Of a stretch of DNA of 64,000 bases, positions 63,174-64,000 are shown piece by piece. The stretch comes from Spirochaetota bacterium (GTDB taxonomy: Bacteria > Spirochaetota > UBA6919 > CBDBPB01). The stretch's first letter is position 1, and each line of letters opens with the position of its first letter. Position numbers and translations under genes: made by a program. The notes beneath the pieces were generated by a model. The model was not told the DNA's origin, did not search any database, and saw nothing but the letters and a program-made list of their open reading frames with translations. The DNA is taken from positions 1 to 64,000 of the forward strand of contig CBDBPB010000009.1 of the NCBI GenBank assembly GCA_965208615.1, in the 5' to 3' direction.

Positions 63174-63608
63174 ATGAACTACTATAACAAAAAAATAATC
63201 TTATATACATCAGCACTATTAATATTGATCAGTTGTCAAACGGTTAATAACAAAGAGGATGTACACAAAAAAAATAAAAAAGTAGAACATAAAAAAGTAG
63301 AACATACAAAAATTAATGAATCCAAAAGAAATAAAACTGCTAAAATAAGTATTGAACAGTTTTATCAGTTTATAAAACTCTATATTCAAAGCTATAAAAA
63401 AAATGATATTGATAGTGCTATAAAGCTAATTCATAAGTATAATATAAATTCTAATATGCATAAAATAATTGGAAAAGAAATAATTCAAAACCCAAAAAAA
63501 GCAACACAATATAAAGAAAAAATTACTAATCTAATGAAAGAAATCGATGAAAGTAAGTTCCAATCCTTTAACAAACAAGTAAATAAAAAAAGCCATGAAA
63601 TAAAATAA
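63174..63608 (+). CDS. Hypothetical lipoprotein
   Basis: Lipobox LISC; KKVEH repeated twice. Confidence 0.6.
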   Translation: MNYYNKKIILYTSALLILISCQTVNNKEDVHKKNKKVEHKKVEHTKINESKRNKTAKISIEQFYQFIKLYIQSYKKNDIDSAIKLIHKYNINSNMHKIIGKEIIQNPKKATQYKEKITNLMKEIDESKFQSFNKQVNKKSHEIK

Positions 63609-63980
63609 CTAATAATAATCCTTTTTAAAATGTCCATATTCCTCTATTAGGCTTTCCAATGCACTATTAATATCCCTTCCCCTAACCAAGCTATCAATTT
63701 TATCATATCTATCTAGCTTTTTTAAGTTTTCCAAACAATAACTCCGAACACTAAGCCTTGGATGCTTTTGTGATGCCAAATATAACGGTGGGATAGCTAA
63801 TTCCTTACCCTCTAATAACAAATGATCAACTGCCTCTTTAACCGCAATCTCATCCTTAAATAAAAGACACTTTACAACTGCTTCATAACTTTTTTGATTC
63901 CAGTCATCCTTAGTAGAAGTAAGTCCGGCAATAATTGTATTAAGAAGTTCTTTTAATAATTTAGCAAAATCTTCTATCAT
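63609..63980 (-). CDS. Hypothetical helical (HEAT-like) protein
   Basis: GAGGAG RBS; 123-aa ORF. Confidence 0.6.
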   Translation of the reverse strand: MIEDFAKLLKELLNTIIAGLTSTKDDWNQKSYEAVVKCLLFKDEIAVKEAVDHLLLEGKELAIPPLYLASQKHPRLSVRSYCLENLKKLDRYDKIDSLVRGRDINSALESLIEEYGHFKKDYY

Positions 63981-64000
63981 AATCTCCTCATTATAATACA

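Overview
AT-rich bacterial chromosomal segment. It is probably from an anaerobic or microaerobic diderm, motile organism; a Spirochaetota-like origin is a tentative inference from the lipoproteins, sigma28-like promoters and a TPR-Mrr protein. Most genes are housekeeping: carB, cinA, miaB, queA, ruvCAB, yebC, riboflavin synthase, dusB, fmt/def/priA, an RNB ribonuclease, aroA, htrA, mqnD and tRNA-Val(TAC). I found no CRISPR array, IS element or prophage. Genes in the first ~19 kb carry many small indels that look like assembly errors. Main observations: (1) a 73-aa peptide between queA and miaB whose last 56 codons are almost all Asp/Phe/Tyr/Asn, the codons read by the tRNAs those two enzymes modify, so it is a candidate tRNA-modification sensor; (2) a TetR-linked PlsA/PlsR-like (plasmalogen/ether lipid) operon with a perfect 20-bp palindrome upstream; (3) a circularly permuted TrxB/YpdA-type flavoprotein fused to a membrane 4Fe-4S module; (4) a TusA/SQR/DUF1641 plus DsrEFH-like sulfur-handling cluster; (5) two genes that appear to start at ATA; (6) a HemL-like protein lacking its catalytic Lys; (7) a strand-composition switch near 5-6.4 kb with a dif-like site. 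All family calls come from recognising motifs by eye, not from database searches.
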